64,000 nucleotides of DNA, taken from assembly GCA_965198115.1 (NCBI GenBank), contig OZ240241.1, positions 5,792,001-5,856,000 of the forward strand, read 5' to 3'. Shown in pieces: positions 31,491-41,153 of the stretch. Positions within the stretch are counted from its first letter, which is position 1; every line of letters begins with the position of its first letter. A program made the translations under genes and the position numbers. The notes beneath the pieces were generated by a model. That model saw nothing but the letters and a program-made list of their open reading frames with translations. It did not search any database and had not been told where the DNA came from. The DNA comes from Candidatus Latescibacterota bacterium (GTDB lineage Bacteria > Latescibacterota > UBA2968).

Positions 31491-32387
31491 TCATTTCATC
31501 GGGTGGGTGACGAGGCCCAGGTCTGAGATGGGCTGTCTTATTCGATCGAGTTCCTCGTCTGTCGCGGAGACCATCGGTGGACGCAGATGGCGTGAGGCGA
31601 TTCCGTTGAGCTCGAGGGTCGCGCGCCAGTGCGCCTGAAAACCACCACCGACGTGTACAGCGAGATTGGCGAATGGTTTCTCCGTCTCGCGAATGATGCG
31701 ACCCGCTGTTGCAACGTCCGTATCCTGATAGGCTTGCCAGTACTCCTTTGCGACGTGCGGTGCGAAGGACGAGAAGTAACAGAAGAAGGCGGGGCGCCAC
31801 GGCCACTGGGTGAAGTTGCGCCAAAGACCGCCACCGGTCATAAACTTCCAATGCGCCCCGTACTTCTGCATCGTGTCCGGGGCGTAGTCGACAGCGCCGT
31901 CCTCTTTGAAACAACAGATGTTTTCGACGTCGACGAGCGCGTCGAGTATTTCGTGAGGCGGCCAGCCGACGAGCATCATCGGCATCACTTCCGCGACGGC
32001 GCGATAGTGGGCGATCTTCCCTGCGGGGACTGAGTGATCCGACGGCAACACCATTAAAACGTCGACACCCAGATCTCTGCAAAAGTGCGCGAACTCGACC
32101 GCCCTGGGGTCCGGCCATCGTCGGGTCGCGGCCACGGTGAGCGCGCGACCTTTCACTTGATCCATCAGACAACGCGTCAGTTCAGTCACTTCGTCGTCGG
32201 ACAAGTGATCGAATTGACTGTCGCCGTATGTGAGGAGGCTCACTTCGCTGCCTCCGACGATGCCGACTTCGATGATGTTCCGTACGCCCTGCCAGTCGAT
32301 ATCACCGTTCGACAGGAAGGTCGTGGGAATCGAGTTGACGGGGCCGTCGAGGCGGTCCTTGATTGTTTCGGGTCTTGTCTGCGCCAT
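31491..32387 (-). CDS. Dihydrodipicolinate synthase (DapA/NanA) family aldolase/lyase
   Basis: IPTTF..NGDID, TYGDSQF..LSDDE, GVDVLMVLP, CFKEDG Schiff-base Lys, LRPPM. Confidence 0.8.
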   Translation of the reverse strand: MAQTRPETIKDRLDGPVNSIPTTFLSNGDIDWQGVRNIIEVGIVGGSEVSLLTYGDSQFDHLSDDEVTELTRCLMDQVKGRALTVAATRRWPDPRAVEFAHFCRDLGVDVLMVLPSDHSVPAGKIAHYRAVAEVMPMMLVGWPPHEILDALVDVENICCFKEDGAVDYAPDTMQKYGAHWKFMTGGGLWRNFTQWPWRPAFFCYFSSFAPHVAKEYWQAYQDTDVATAGRIIRETEKPFANLAVHVGGGFQAHWRATLELNGIASRHLRPPMVSATDEELDRIRQPISDLGLVTHPMK

Positions 32388-32486
32388 CCGCTTTCGCTCC
32401 TCTCGATCGGTGGCCAATATGCTCCAGAATGACCGCAAGTTCCACACCTCATTCTCGGGGAACGGAGTCTCCCCTCCGGGTCGACT

Positions 32487-34415
32487 TTGACCCGCCGTGC
32501 CGTTCTGATCGGCCTGACGCTATCTGCGATCATCAGCGTCTGGCCGGCGTATTCGAGTATGATCGTTCGTTCCTCGCGGGCCGACTATGCTCACCTGTCG
32601 GTCGCCTTCCTTGTCCCGTTTGTCATCCTCCTTCTGATGGACCTCGTCGCCAAGCGACGCGGGTCGGGTCTGTCATCGTCGGAGCTGATCACGATCTGTT
32701 GTATCGGGGCGCTGGCCGCGAACACACAAGGCGAGTGGCTCTCCGGTTGTTTCCTCGGCACGATTTCCTCCCCGACGTATTTCGCGACACCCGAGAATCG
32801 GTGGGACGAACTCCTGCTCGCGAGGCTCCCACCCTGGACCATCGTGAGCGACCCTGAAGCGACGACAGGGTTTTATGAGGGACTGCCGGACGGTCGGACC
32901 ATCCCGTGGCGTGTTTGGGCCGTGCCGCTGCTGTGGTGGGGAAGTTTTTTCGGCGCTCTTCTGGTCGCCAATCTGTGTGTGCTGGTGATCCTCCGAAAGC
33001 AGTGGATGGAGAACGAGCGGCTTGCGTTTCCGATCGCGACGGCACTCCTACAAATGACAGGGGGAAGTCGTGCGACGTCTACATTTCAAACCTTGATCGC
33101 ATCGCGGCTATTCCGGGTCGAGTTCTTCACTGTGCTGGGTATCTTCGCGTGGAATACGACCACGTGGTTCGTGACTGCGATCCCACCTCTGCCCGTGATG
33201 ACGCGGCACCAGCTCTTCGTCGCCCGTGGGTTCCCCTCTGCGCTGATCGTGGTCCATCCGATGACGATGGCTTTCGCCTACTTCACCAAATCGGACGTGC
33301 TTCTCAGTTTGTGGGTGTTCCAGATCTTCTCATTCATTCAGGCGGGTCTCTTCAATCGTGTGGGTTTCAGCATTGGTGCGTCCGACCCGTGGGGATCTTT
33401 CGACGCGTCGACCGGGTGGCAGAGCTTTGGGGGAATGATCGTTTTCGTGGCGTGGGGGATGTGGATCGGACGGAGCCATTTGTCAGCCGTGATTCGGCAA
33501 GCCTGGACGGGGGAGCGGACGGTCGATGATTCCGGCGAGCTTCTGTCCTATCGAACGGCCGTCTGGCTTCTGGCAGGATCCGCCCTCTTTTTAGTGTTCT
33601 GGCTCAGGGGAACGGGGATGGACTGGGCGCCGCTGATGGCTTTCTGGTTCGGGACAGCCATCCTTTACATTGGTTTGGCGAGAATCATCGTGGAGAGCGG
33701 GCTGGTCATTCTGCGAGGGCCGATCACCGCCCAGGCATTCACGTGGCATCTCGTCGGTGTGGGCGGTGTCGGCCCGGCGAGTGCGGCCGTTCTGGGTCTG
33801 ACCTACACGTTCTTCTGCGATGGCAAGACGCTGGGAATGACCGCGCTCGCCCACGTGGCAAGGCTGAGTCAGGAGATGGAGATGCGTGGAAGGCGGCTGC
33901 TCGTGCCCGTGGTTCTTCTTGGCGCGGTCGTTGGGACAGTGGCCGTGGTCGGGTTCACACTTTACGAGGGTTATCACGCCTACGGCAGCTTCAACTTCGG
34001 GGTGGTTACCTTCACCGGATCGAACAACGGGCCCGTTGGCGTGTGGCAGATCAGCGCGAATCGGATTCAGCAGGGGACGTCCGGTACGGACTGGAACAGG
34101 CTGACGTTTCTGGGCATCGGCGGACTCTTTACGGCGCTCGTGCTCTACTTGCGGTATCTCATTCCGACGTTTCCCATTTCGCCCATCGGGTTCGCAATCT
34201 CCCCGTCGGGAGTGTTGCAAAGCAGCCTGCTGTCGATTCTTCTGGTGTGGGGCATCAAGACGATTCTGCTCAGAATTGGTGGGCTGGAACGCTACCGGCA
34301 GACGGCGCCCCTTTTTCTAGGGATGCTGATCGGACACGCGATGGGTCTTGCCCTGGGTGTGGTCGTCGACACGATCTGGTTCAACGGGAGTGGACATAGT
34401 ATAAACCGATGGTAG
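32487..34415 (+). CDS. DUF6785/DUF6784-type polytopic membrane protein (putative transporter), paralog 1
   Basis: Many hydrophobic segments; TYFATPENRW, LRKQWMENERLAFPIA, ARIIVESGL, PIGF, PLFLG. Confidence 0.75.
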   Translation: MTRRAVLIGLTLSAIISVWPAYSSMIVRSSRADYAHLSVAFLVPFVILLLMDLVAKRRGSGLSSSELITICCIGALAANTQGEWLSGCFLGTISSPTYFATPENRWDELLLARLPPWTIVSDPEATTGFYEGLPDGRTIPWRVWAVPLLWWGSFFGALLVANLCVLVILRKQWMENERLAFPIATALLQMTGGSRATSTFQTLIASRLFRVEFFTVLGIFAWNTTTWFVTAIPPLPVMTRHQLFVARGFPSALIVVHPMTMAFAYFTKSDVLLSLWVFQIFSFIQAGLFNRVGFSIGASDPWGSFDASTGWQSFGGMIVFVAWGMWIGRSHLSAVIRQAWTGERTVDDSGELLSYRTAVWLLAGSALFLVFWLRGTGMDWAPLMAFWFGTAILYIGLARIIVESGLVILRGPITAQAFTWHLVGVGGVGPASAAVLGLTYTFFCDGKTLGMTALAHVARLSQEMEMRGRRLLVPVVLLGAVVGTVAVVGFTLYEGYHAYGSFNFGVVTFTGSNNGPVGVWQISANRIQQGTSGTDWNRLTFLGIGGLFTALVLYLRYLIPTFPISPIGFAISPSGVLQSSLLSILLVWGIKTILLRIGGLERYRQTAPLFLGMLIGHAMGLALGVVVDTIWFNGSGHSINRW

Positions 34416-34588
34416 AGGATGCTTCCTCGCTGAGGAGGATTGACGGGTTTCGAGGATGTAGCAAGCTGAGGGGGCGACGGGGCGAGCGGGCGAGGCGATG
34501 GCTTCGCGTGAGCGTTTTGGTGGGACCGGCCTCCCGGCCGGGAAGAACCATCGGGCGGGTGATCGTGAGGTTTTTTGGGTAGGACCGG

Positions 34589-34633
34589 CCCTTCGACGGA
34601 GTTTATCCCGAGCGAAGTCGAGGGGCTCAGGAT
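34589..34633. repeat. Family B element nested, inverted, inside another family B element
   Basis: CCCTTCGAC[GGAGTTTATCCCGAGCGAAGTCGAGGG]GCTCAGGAT. Confidence 0.8.
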
Positions 34634-34717
34634 GTACCTCCCGGCCGGGAACGCGTCTGGCGTAGAGTAGTCGCAGGCTTCAGTCTGCGTACCCAGTGGG
34701 CGATATAGGACGAAACT

Positions 34718-36640
34718 TTGACGAAGCGTGCACTCATTGTTGGGCTGGTAATGGCTGTCTGGGTCAGTGTCTGGCCGGCCTATTCGAGTATGATCGTGCG
34801 ATCCTCGCGGGCGGATTTCGCGCATCTGTCTGTCGCATTTCTGATTCCTTTCATCTGTCTCCTTGCTTTCAATCTGGTTCTGGGACGCCGTGGCAATGCT
34901 CTGCAGTCCTCGGAACTGCTCGCCATCTGTTGTATGGGGATGCTGGCTTCGAATATGCAGGGCGAGTGGCTGTCGGGCTACTTCCTGGGGACGATCTCCG
35001 CACCGACTTATTTTGCCACGCCGGAAAACCGTTGGGAGGAACTGCTTCTCGCGAACGTCCCACCGTGGTCGATTGTCGCGCATCTCAGGAGCACGACGGG
35101 GTTTTATGAAGGTCTCCTATCCGGGGACGTATTTCCGTGGTACTACTGGCTGCCCCCGCTTCTGTCGTGGGGCGGCCTCCTGGCAGCGATTCTGACGGCG
35201 AATCTCTGTACGATGGTCATCCTGCGGAAGCAGTGGATGGAACACGAGCGGCTGACGTTTCCGATCGCGATCGGGCTGCTAGAGTTGACGGGCACCTCGA
35301 GCGCCTCCAGGACGCTCGCCAGTCTGGTGCGGTCGAGGCTCTTCCAGATGGGGTTCCTGGTCGTGTTCGTTCTCTTCTGCTGGAACATCACGTCCTGGTT
35401 TTACCCCCTGCTTCCCCAGTTCCCGATTATGACCCGTCTCGATGTCTACGTCTGGCAGAGCCTGCCCCCGCTGTGGATCGTGCTTCATCCGATGTCGATG
35501 ACGTTCGCGTACTTCACCAAGTCGGATGTCCTGCTGAGCATCTGGGTGTTTCAGCTGTTGGCGTTTACCCAGGCGGCGATTTTCGATCGGATCGGCTTCA
35601 GCATCGGAGAGTCGGATCGCTGGTCTTCGCTGAAGCCCGCGATCGGCTGGCAAAGCTTCGGCGGGATGATTCTTTTCGTCGGGTGGGGGCTGTGGATGGC
35701 TCGGTCCCATCTGAAAGAAGTCTTCAAAAAGGCGTTGGGGAAGCCGTCGTCGGTCGACGATTCCGGCGAACTGCTTTCGTACCGAACTGCGGTCTGGCTG
35801 CTGCTGGGGTCGGTGGCGTTCGCGGTGTGCTTTCTCCGTGCGACGGGGATGGGTTGGGGACCCGTGCTGGCGTTCTGGTTCGCGTCGGCCATCCTCTATC
35901 TGGGGTTGGCGAGGATCATCGTGGAGAGCGGGCTCGTTTTCCTGAGGGGTCCCATTACGGCTCAGATCTTCGCGTGGAACCTGTTCGGCATCACGGGGAT
36001 GACCCCTGCGAGCGCGGCCTCGCTGACGCTGACCTACACGTTCTTCTGCGATGCGAAGACGTTCGGGATGACGACGTTCGCACACATCCCCCGACTGTCG
36101 GTGGCGATGACGCCGGAAAGACGTCGCCACGTCGCGCCGTCCGTTCTTCTGGCAGCACTCCTCGGGGCGGGCTCGGTGATTTCGTTCATTCTCTACAAGG
36201 GATTCTACACGATCGGCGCCTACAACTTCGGCGTCGTCAGTTTCAACGGATCGATCAACAGCGCGATCGGGCTCTGGGAGACGAGCGCGAGCCGGATCAT
36301 CGAAGGGACGGGTGGCACGGACTGGAAACGGCTCCAGTTTCTGGGAATCGGTGGCGCGGTGACCGGATGCCTTCTCTACCTCAGGTATCGCTTCCCCGGT
36401 TTTCCGATTCATCCGATCGGTTTCACGATCTCCTCTTCGGAAATTCTTCGTAGTAATCTGTTCTCGATCTTCACTGTCTGGCTCGTGAAGACCATCCTGT
36501 TGGGACTGGGCGGGTTGGAACGGTATCACCGCACGGTGCCGCTGTTCCTTGGAATGCTGATCGGACACCTCGCTGGGCTCGCGCTGGGCGTCGTGGTCGA
36601 CTTTTTCTGGTTCCACGGGGAGGGGCTATCCTTTGAATAG
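34718..36640 (+). CDS. DUF6785/DUF6784-type membrane protein, paralog 2 (last codons frameshifted at ~36627)
   Basis: Colinear with paralog 1; removing one T restores G-H-P-L-N-R-W-stop, matching GHSINRW. Confidence 0.75.
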   Translation: MTKRALIVGLVMAVWVSVWPAYSSMIVRSSRADFAHLSVAFLIPFICLLAFNLVLGRRGNALQSSELLAICCMGMLASNMQGEWLSGYFLGTISAPTYFATPENRWEELLLANVPPWSIVAHLRSTTGFYEGLLSGDVFPWYYWLPPLLSWGGLLAAILTANLCTMVILRKQWMEHERLTFPIAIGLLELTGTSSASRTLASLVRSRLFQMGFLVVFVLFCWNITSWFYPLLPQFPIMTRLDVYVWQSLPPLWIVLHPMSMTFAYFTKSDVLLSIWVFQLLAFTQAAIFDRIGFSIGESDRWSSLKPAIGWQSFGGMILFVGWGLWMARSHLKEVFKKALGKPSSVDDSGELLSYRTAVWLLLGSVAFAVCFLRATGMGWGPVLAFWFASAILYLGLARIIVESGLVFLRGPITAQIFAWNLFGITGMTPASAASLTLTYTFFCDAKTFGMTTFAHIPRLSVAMTPERRRHVAPSVLLAALLGAGSVISFILYKGFYTIGAYNFGVVSFNGSINSAIGLWETSASRIIEGTGGTDWKRLQFLGIGGAVTGCLLYLRYRFPGFPIHPIGFTISSSEILRSNLFSIFTVWLVKTILLGLGGLERYHRTVPLFLGMLIGHLAGLALGVVVDFFWFHGEGLSFE

Positions 36641-36697
36641 ATGGTAGGAGGTGACGGAGGAGCTTCGGAGCAGGAGAGGGCTTGGGAGTAAGACTTA

Positions 36698-37959
36698 GTA
36701 CTCCTGTTCTCAAATACGGTGACGTATTCTAAGCAGACTTTGCCAAGGGCGTATCGTAGAACCTGAGTTTGTCGATCATCTCCGCGAGATCTGTTCGTGT
36801 GAACTTCCATTTGAAGGGTGTGGCGATACGTCCGTAGCGTTCCTGAAAACCGAGGATTCTTGCCTCAAGCTCTTCGAGCGATGCAAATTCGATAGGTGTC
36901 AGAGCCTTGCGTTTGAGGATCGAGAAGTAGATCTCGATCTGATTGAGCCAGCTTGCGTGGATCGGAAGGTGAACGGGGTGGATGTTTGGCCACTTCCCCT
37001 GGATACGGTCGATGCATGTTTGCCCTCGGTGCGAGGAGCCATTATCCACGATGAGGTAGACTTTCTTTGCCGAGCAATAGGGTTTCCGGCTCATGATCAG
37101 GCTCAGGAGCCGGTTGAAGGGCTCGATACCCGAAGAAGACTCACAGAGACCGAAGATTCGACCATTGTGCACGTCGAGAGCAGCCAGATAGGCCAGGGCT
37201 CCTTTCCGCTCGTATTCGTGTTCAACGCGTGCCGCTCTGTTCGAGGCTGGCGGTAGGGTAACGTGCTTGCGAGCTCGTGCTTGAATACTGGTCTTTTCGT
37301 CGGCAGAAAGTACATATTCCCTCGGCCCTAAAGGCTTTCCTTGCCATTGGCGGTGATACAGATCAAGGACTCTACCTGCTTTGGTTTGGAAGTCCGGGTC
37401 CCGTGGGAAAATCCAGGAGCGATGATACCAAGGACGAATCGCGTCCTCGTTCAACCAGCGCCAGACAGTGGCGCCGCTGATCTTGGCAACGAAGCCCCTT
37501 TGCACTGCCTCGGCGGCAATCTCGGAACAGCTGAACCGCGAGAGCGGTATCCCGCTCTCGCTCGGTAGTTCACACGCCAGCGCCTTGATCTGAACGACCA
37601 CCTGAGGGGGGGAAAACCGGGCGGGCGCCCGGGACGAGATCTATCTTCGAGTCCCGAAAGACGCTCTTCGAAAAAGCGCTTACGCCATTTGCTTACGATC
37701 GGACGCGGGACATCCAACCGTTGGGCGATACTCTTGTTGGATAATCCCTCGGCGGCGAGAAGCACGATTTTCGATCGGATCACTTGATAATACGGTAACG
37801 TATATTGTCCAGCCATTCGCTCGAGGTCGACCCGTTCCTTCTCAGACAGTAGCACCACATAAGGCGAACGTCTTGGCATTGTTCTCCTCCTTTTGAAGGA
37901 GAACATAAGCTACAAATAATGTTCATAACATACGTAATAATGTTTATGAAACCATGCAC
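36698..37959 (-). mobile_element. IS630-family element; transposase in two ORFs (37879 start, 36729 stop) joined by a probable -1 frameshift
   Basis: HTH ORF (VSKWRKRF...RPGRP), slippery TTTTCCCCCCC at 37606-37616, DDE ORF (SADEKT, IVDNGSSH, HASWLNQIEIYFS). TTA flanks at 36695-36697 and 37960-37962; imperfect ~29-bp terminal IRs. Confidence 0.92.
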
Positions 37960-38276
37960 TTAGCTGAGCGGGAGACGGGGCGAACGGGAGAGCAAGTGTG
38001 GCGATGGCTGACGCGTGATGGTTTGGTGGGACTGGCCTCCCGGCCAGGAACCTGTGACGGATTCTTCTGCACAAATGGCATTTCCGATCTGTTCGCAGCC
38101 GGGTGGCTGCTCCCACCGCCTTGCTATACGCCAATTGAAAAAGTGGCCTCGGGGCCACAATTGTAAGTCCTGATAAATAACGTGTTATAAAATTGTGTGG
38201 TGGCGTTGCCACGCCTGCTCGCCATCGCGCCGATCTTCTTCTTCTCGCCTGCTCGCCCCACGCTTGCTCGCGAACC

Positions 38277-39272
38277 TTACTGGTTTCCCACTGCCTTGAT
38301 CAAGGCCTTGATGTAACCCGCTGTAAACGCCCTCTGCCGATGTCCCCACGGGCTGTCCTGTTCTGACTTTGGTACGTGATCGGGGCAGAAGATACCGTCG
38401 TAGCCAGACTCGCTGTAAACCCTCATCGCCTTCCACATATCGATGTCGCCGTCGTCGATGTAGGCTTCCTCGAACTTGAGAAACCCACCACGGATGTTGC
38501 GGAAGTGGACCATAAAGATCCGCTTACGTTCCGCGAAGTAGCAGATGACGTCGAAGACTTCATCGGCCGGATGCTCCAGCATCTCCGAAACCGTCCCCTG
38601 ACAGAAGTTGAGGCCGTGGTAGGGGCTGCTGGCGATGTCGATAAACCTCTTGAGGCCATCGACCCTGCCGAGGACACGGTTGACGCCCATCACACCGGTG
38701 TCGTGCGGGACGGGGACGTCGTGCTGGTGGCAGGCCATCCGGACTTTGGACGCCTCGGCGACAGGGATTACGCGCTCGAGGAAGTAGGTGATGCGCTCCC
38801 ACATCATATCCGCGGTGACGCGGCCGGCTGAGGTCATCGGCGCATCCTTGATCAGCTCGTAGTCAAAAGCCCGTACGCTGACGCCACCCCGCGCGGTCGT
38901 GCGTCCGGTCGTGAGCACGTCAAGCAAGGTCAGGTTGTATTTCAGGCAAGGGATGCCGACCTCACCCGCGATGCGCACGCTCTCGCAGATGTTGTCGATC
39001 TCACGATCCCGCTCGGGCGTACCGAGCATAATGTTGGGACTGTCGCCGGGCGTTTGGGGGTTCCACTTGCGAAGTGGGAGAGGCACGACTTCGAGCTTTA
39101 CGTCGTGGGATGAGACGAAGTCGTTGAAGCGACTGAGTGATTCGCGGGTCCAGCGAGACTCGCCTTCAGGGATGACGTCACTTGTTTTACGCCGACGATG
39201 ATGAACCCCGACCTGTTTCGCGAACTTCAGGTTGTCGGAGGTGATGTCACTCATCTGGAAGGCGACGTTCAT
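38277..39272 (-). CDS. Mannonate dehydratase (UxuA)-like TIM barrel, divergent copy 3
   Basis: FLERVIPVAE, ACHQHD, GLNFCQGT, VHFRNIRG, DDGDIDM, PDHVP, AFTAGYIKAL. Confidence 0.82.
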   Translation of the reverse strand: MNVAFQMSDITSDNLKFAKQVGVHHRRRKTSDVIPEGESRWTRESLSRFNDFVSSHDVKLEVVPLPLRKWNPQTPGDSPNIMLGTPERDREIDNICESVRIAGEVGIPCLKYNLTLLDVLTTGRTTARGGVSVRAFDYELIKDAPMTSAGRVTADMMWERITYFLERVIPVAEASKVRMACHQHDVPVPHDTGVMGVNRVLGRVDGLKRFIDIASSPYHGLNFCQGTVSEMLEHPADEVFDVICYFAERKRIFMVHFRNIRGGFLKFEEAYIDDGDIDMWKAMRVYSESGYDGIFCPDHVPKSEQDSPWGHRQRAFTAGYIKALIKAVGNQ

Positions 39273-39416
39273 AAAAACCTTGAACCACCCTTCGACTACG
39301 CTCAGGACAAGCTTCGACACGAAGACACAAAGAAAATCTGGGAGGGAAAACCATCCTGATCCCTCCGCATCGGGAACGAGAAGGAGGCTTGTCGCCCCTT
39401 CGTGTTCGCCAAAACC

Positions 39417-40883
39417 CTATCCTTCGCCAGGGCCTGACTCGCCAAGAGTTTCGGACCAGGACATCTCGGGGAGACGGGGCCACACGAATTGTTCGGGGGT
39501 GTCGACTTTCCCCGCCCACTCGACAATGACTTCCATTTCCTTGCGGCGTTCCTGGACGCGACGTGCGACGTGCCCGGGGTCCCAGCCATCGAGGACGCGG
39601 GCGCGCAGGTTGCCCAGGACCTGACGGCACGATGGGTCAGATGCCCTGTCGGATGTCTCGAGCGGATCCTCCGCCAGGTTGAACAGTTGAGGCGGCTGCT
39701 CGTGGTGATAGATCATCTTCCACTCGTCCTGACGGATCATCCGCTGCGTGATGCCTTCATAGAGGCAATATTCGGAGAATGTGACATTTTCCCAGTCGCC
39801 CGATCCCGTTTTCAGCAGGTCGAGTGCGCTCCGGCCCGGTGAGTGGGGAAGCGAAGGGGCGCCCATCGCGTCGAGCATCGTTGCGCCGAGGTCGAGAGCA
39901 GACATCACGTGGTCGCATGTCTGACCTTCGGGCAGCACGCCCGGCCACGATAGAATGGTCGGAACGCGTACGGACTCTTCGTAGAAGGTGCGCTTCATCC
40001 AGAGATCGTGGTCGCCGGCGTGGTCTCCGTGGTCTGAGCTGTAGACGATCAGGGTGTCGTCGGCGAGGCCGTTCGCTTCGAGTGCGGCAAGGATCTTACC
40101 GATCATCTGATCCATTTCGTCGGCGAGGGCCCAGTAGGCGGCTCGGCCTCTGAGGATCCACTCATCGGGCAGGGTCTGATCCAGCTTGCCGTGCTCTCGC
40201 CACCAACGCAGGAACGGGTGGAGGTCGTCGTCGAACGGTTCCCTAACACGCGGCATCGTGATGCTCTCGCGGTAGCGTTCGTATATGGGCCGTCGCGCGA
40301 GATACGGATGGTGGGGGAGCATAAAGCCGACGGATAGACTGAAGGGCTTCGTCATCAGTCCGGCACGCTTCTGTACGCCGAGACGATCGAAGAAGTTAAC
40401 GGTCGCGGCCGTGACGTCCTCGTCGTGGACCTGGTAGGCGCCCTGACCGGGACCCGCGGCTTCGACGCTGGCACGAAGGTTTCCTGGCGCGAGTCCGGAT
40501 CCACCCCAGTTGGATCCGTGGTCGCCCACAGGACGATCGACGTAGCCGTGGAGCTGATCGGGACCGTTCGAGTGCATACGTCCGATGAGGACGGGATCGT
40601 AGCCGGCTGCACCCATCGCGTTGGCGATGGTCGGGATGCCGGCGTCGAGGATCTGGTTGTTCGTCCAGACTTCGATGTCGGAGGGGAATCGCCCGGCCAG
40701 CATTGCCATTCTCGATGGGACGCACACCGGTGACGGGCAATAGACGTTCGTGCAGTTGATCCCGTTGGCGGCCAGTCGGTCGAGATTAGGCGTCTGAACG
40801 AGGGGATCGCCCGCGCATCCCATCACGAACGGGCTGTGCTGATCGGAATGGATGTAGAGCAGGTTGGGTCGGGTGTCGGGCAT
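39417..40883 (-). CDS. Sulfatase (choline-sulfatase-like, Cys-type)
   Basis: PNLLYIHSDQH, CVPSRMAMLAG, GRMH, LPHHP, SSDHGD, FYEESVRVP. Confidence 0.9.
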   Translation of the reverse strand: MPDTRPNLLYIHSDQHSPFVMGCAGDPLVQTPNLDRLAANGINCTNVYCPSPVCVPSRMAMLAGRFPSDIEVWTNNQILDAGIPTIANAMGAAGYDPVLIGRMHSNGPDQLHGYVDRPVGDHGSNWGGSGLAPGNLRASVEAAGPGQGAYQVHDEDVTAATVNFFDRLGVQKRAGLMTKPFSLSVGFMLPHHPYLARRPIYERYRESITMPRVREPFDDDLHPFLRWWREHGKLDQTLPDEWILRGRAAYWALADEMDQMIGKILAALEANGLADDTLIVYSSDHGDHAGDHDLWMKRTFYEESVRVPTILSWPGVLPEGQTCDHVMSALDLGATMLDAMGAPSLPHSPGRSALDLLKTGSGDWENVTFSEYCLYEGITQRMIRQDEWKMIYHHEQPPQLFNLAEDPLETSDRASDPSCRQVLGNLRARVLDGWDPGHVARRVQERRKEMEVIVEWAGKVDTPEQFVWPRLPEMSWSETLGESGPGEG

Positions 40884-41002
40884 TGGGTTCTCGTTGGATA
40901 AAAAAAGAAAAGGACACAGGTATGATACCTATGGCCTGGAGCGATTCACAAACGGAGGCTTTCGGGCTCTGCCCGGCCACTACAGTCACGGCAAGGACGC
41001 TC

Positions 41003-41106
41003 TCCCCCGTGCTCTGCACGGGGGACCTGTGGGAAGGCGATCGAACGAAAACCTTTACCGGTGCAAGCGGCTAGAAACTTTTGTCCCCGTGCAGAGCACG
41101 GGGACG
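41003..41106. repeat. Inverted pair of CCCCGTGCTCTGCACGGGG palindromes
   Basis: Copies at ~41005 and ~41085; related CGCCCTCGTGCTCTGCACGAGGGCG at ~52871. Confidence 0.7.
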
Positions 41107-41153
41107 AGCGAGGCGCTGTTGGATGTGGAGCGAGCGGAGCCCGCGGGAGATGA

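Noticed and set aside
38155-38200. AT-rich imperfect palindrome sharing CCTGATAAAT with 44032-44041 as an operator
   Set aside because: Only a 10-bp match in two copies, and the first lies between convergent genes; insufficient support.
39185-39210. Possible compensating frameshift (HHRRRK) in the third UxuA-like gene
   Set aside because: The ORF stays open and this cannot be judged without homolog alignment.
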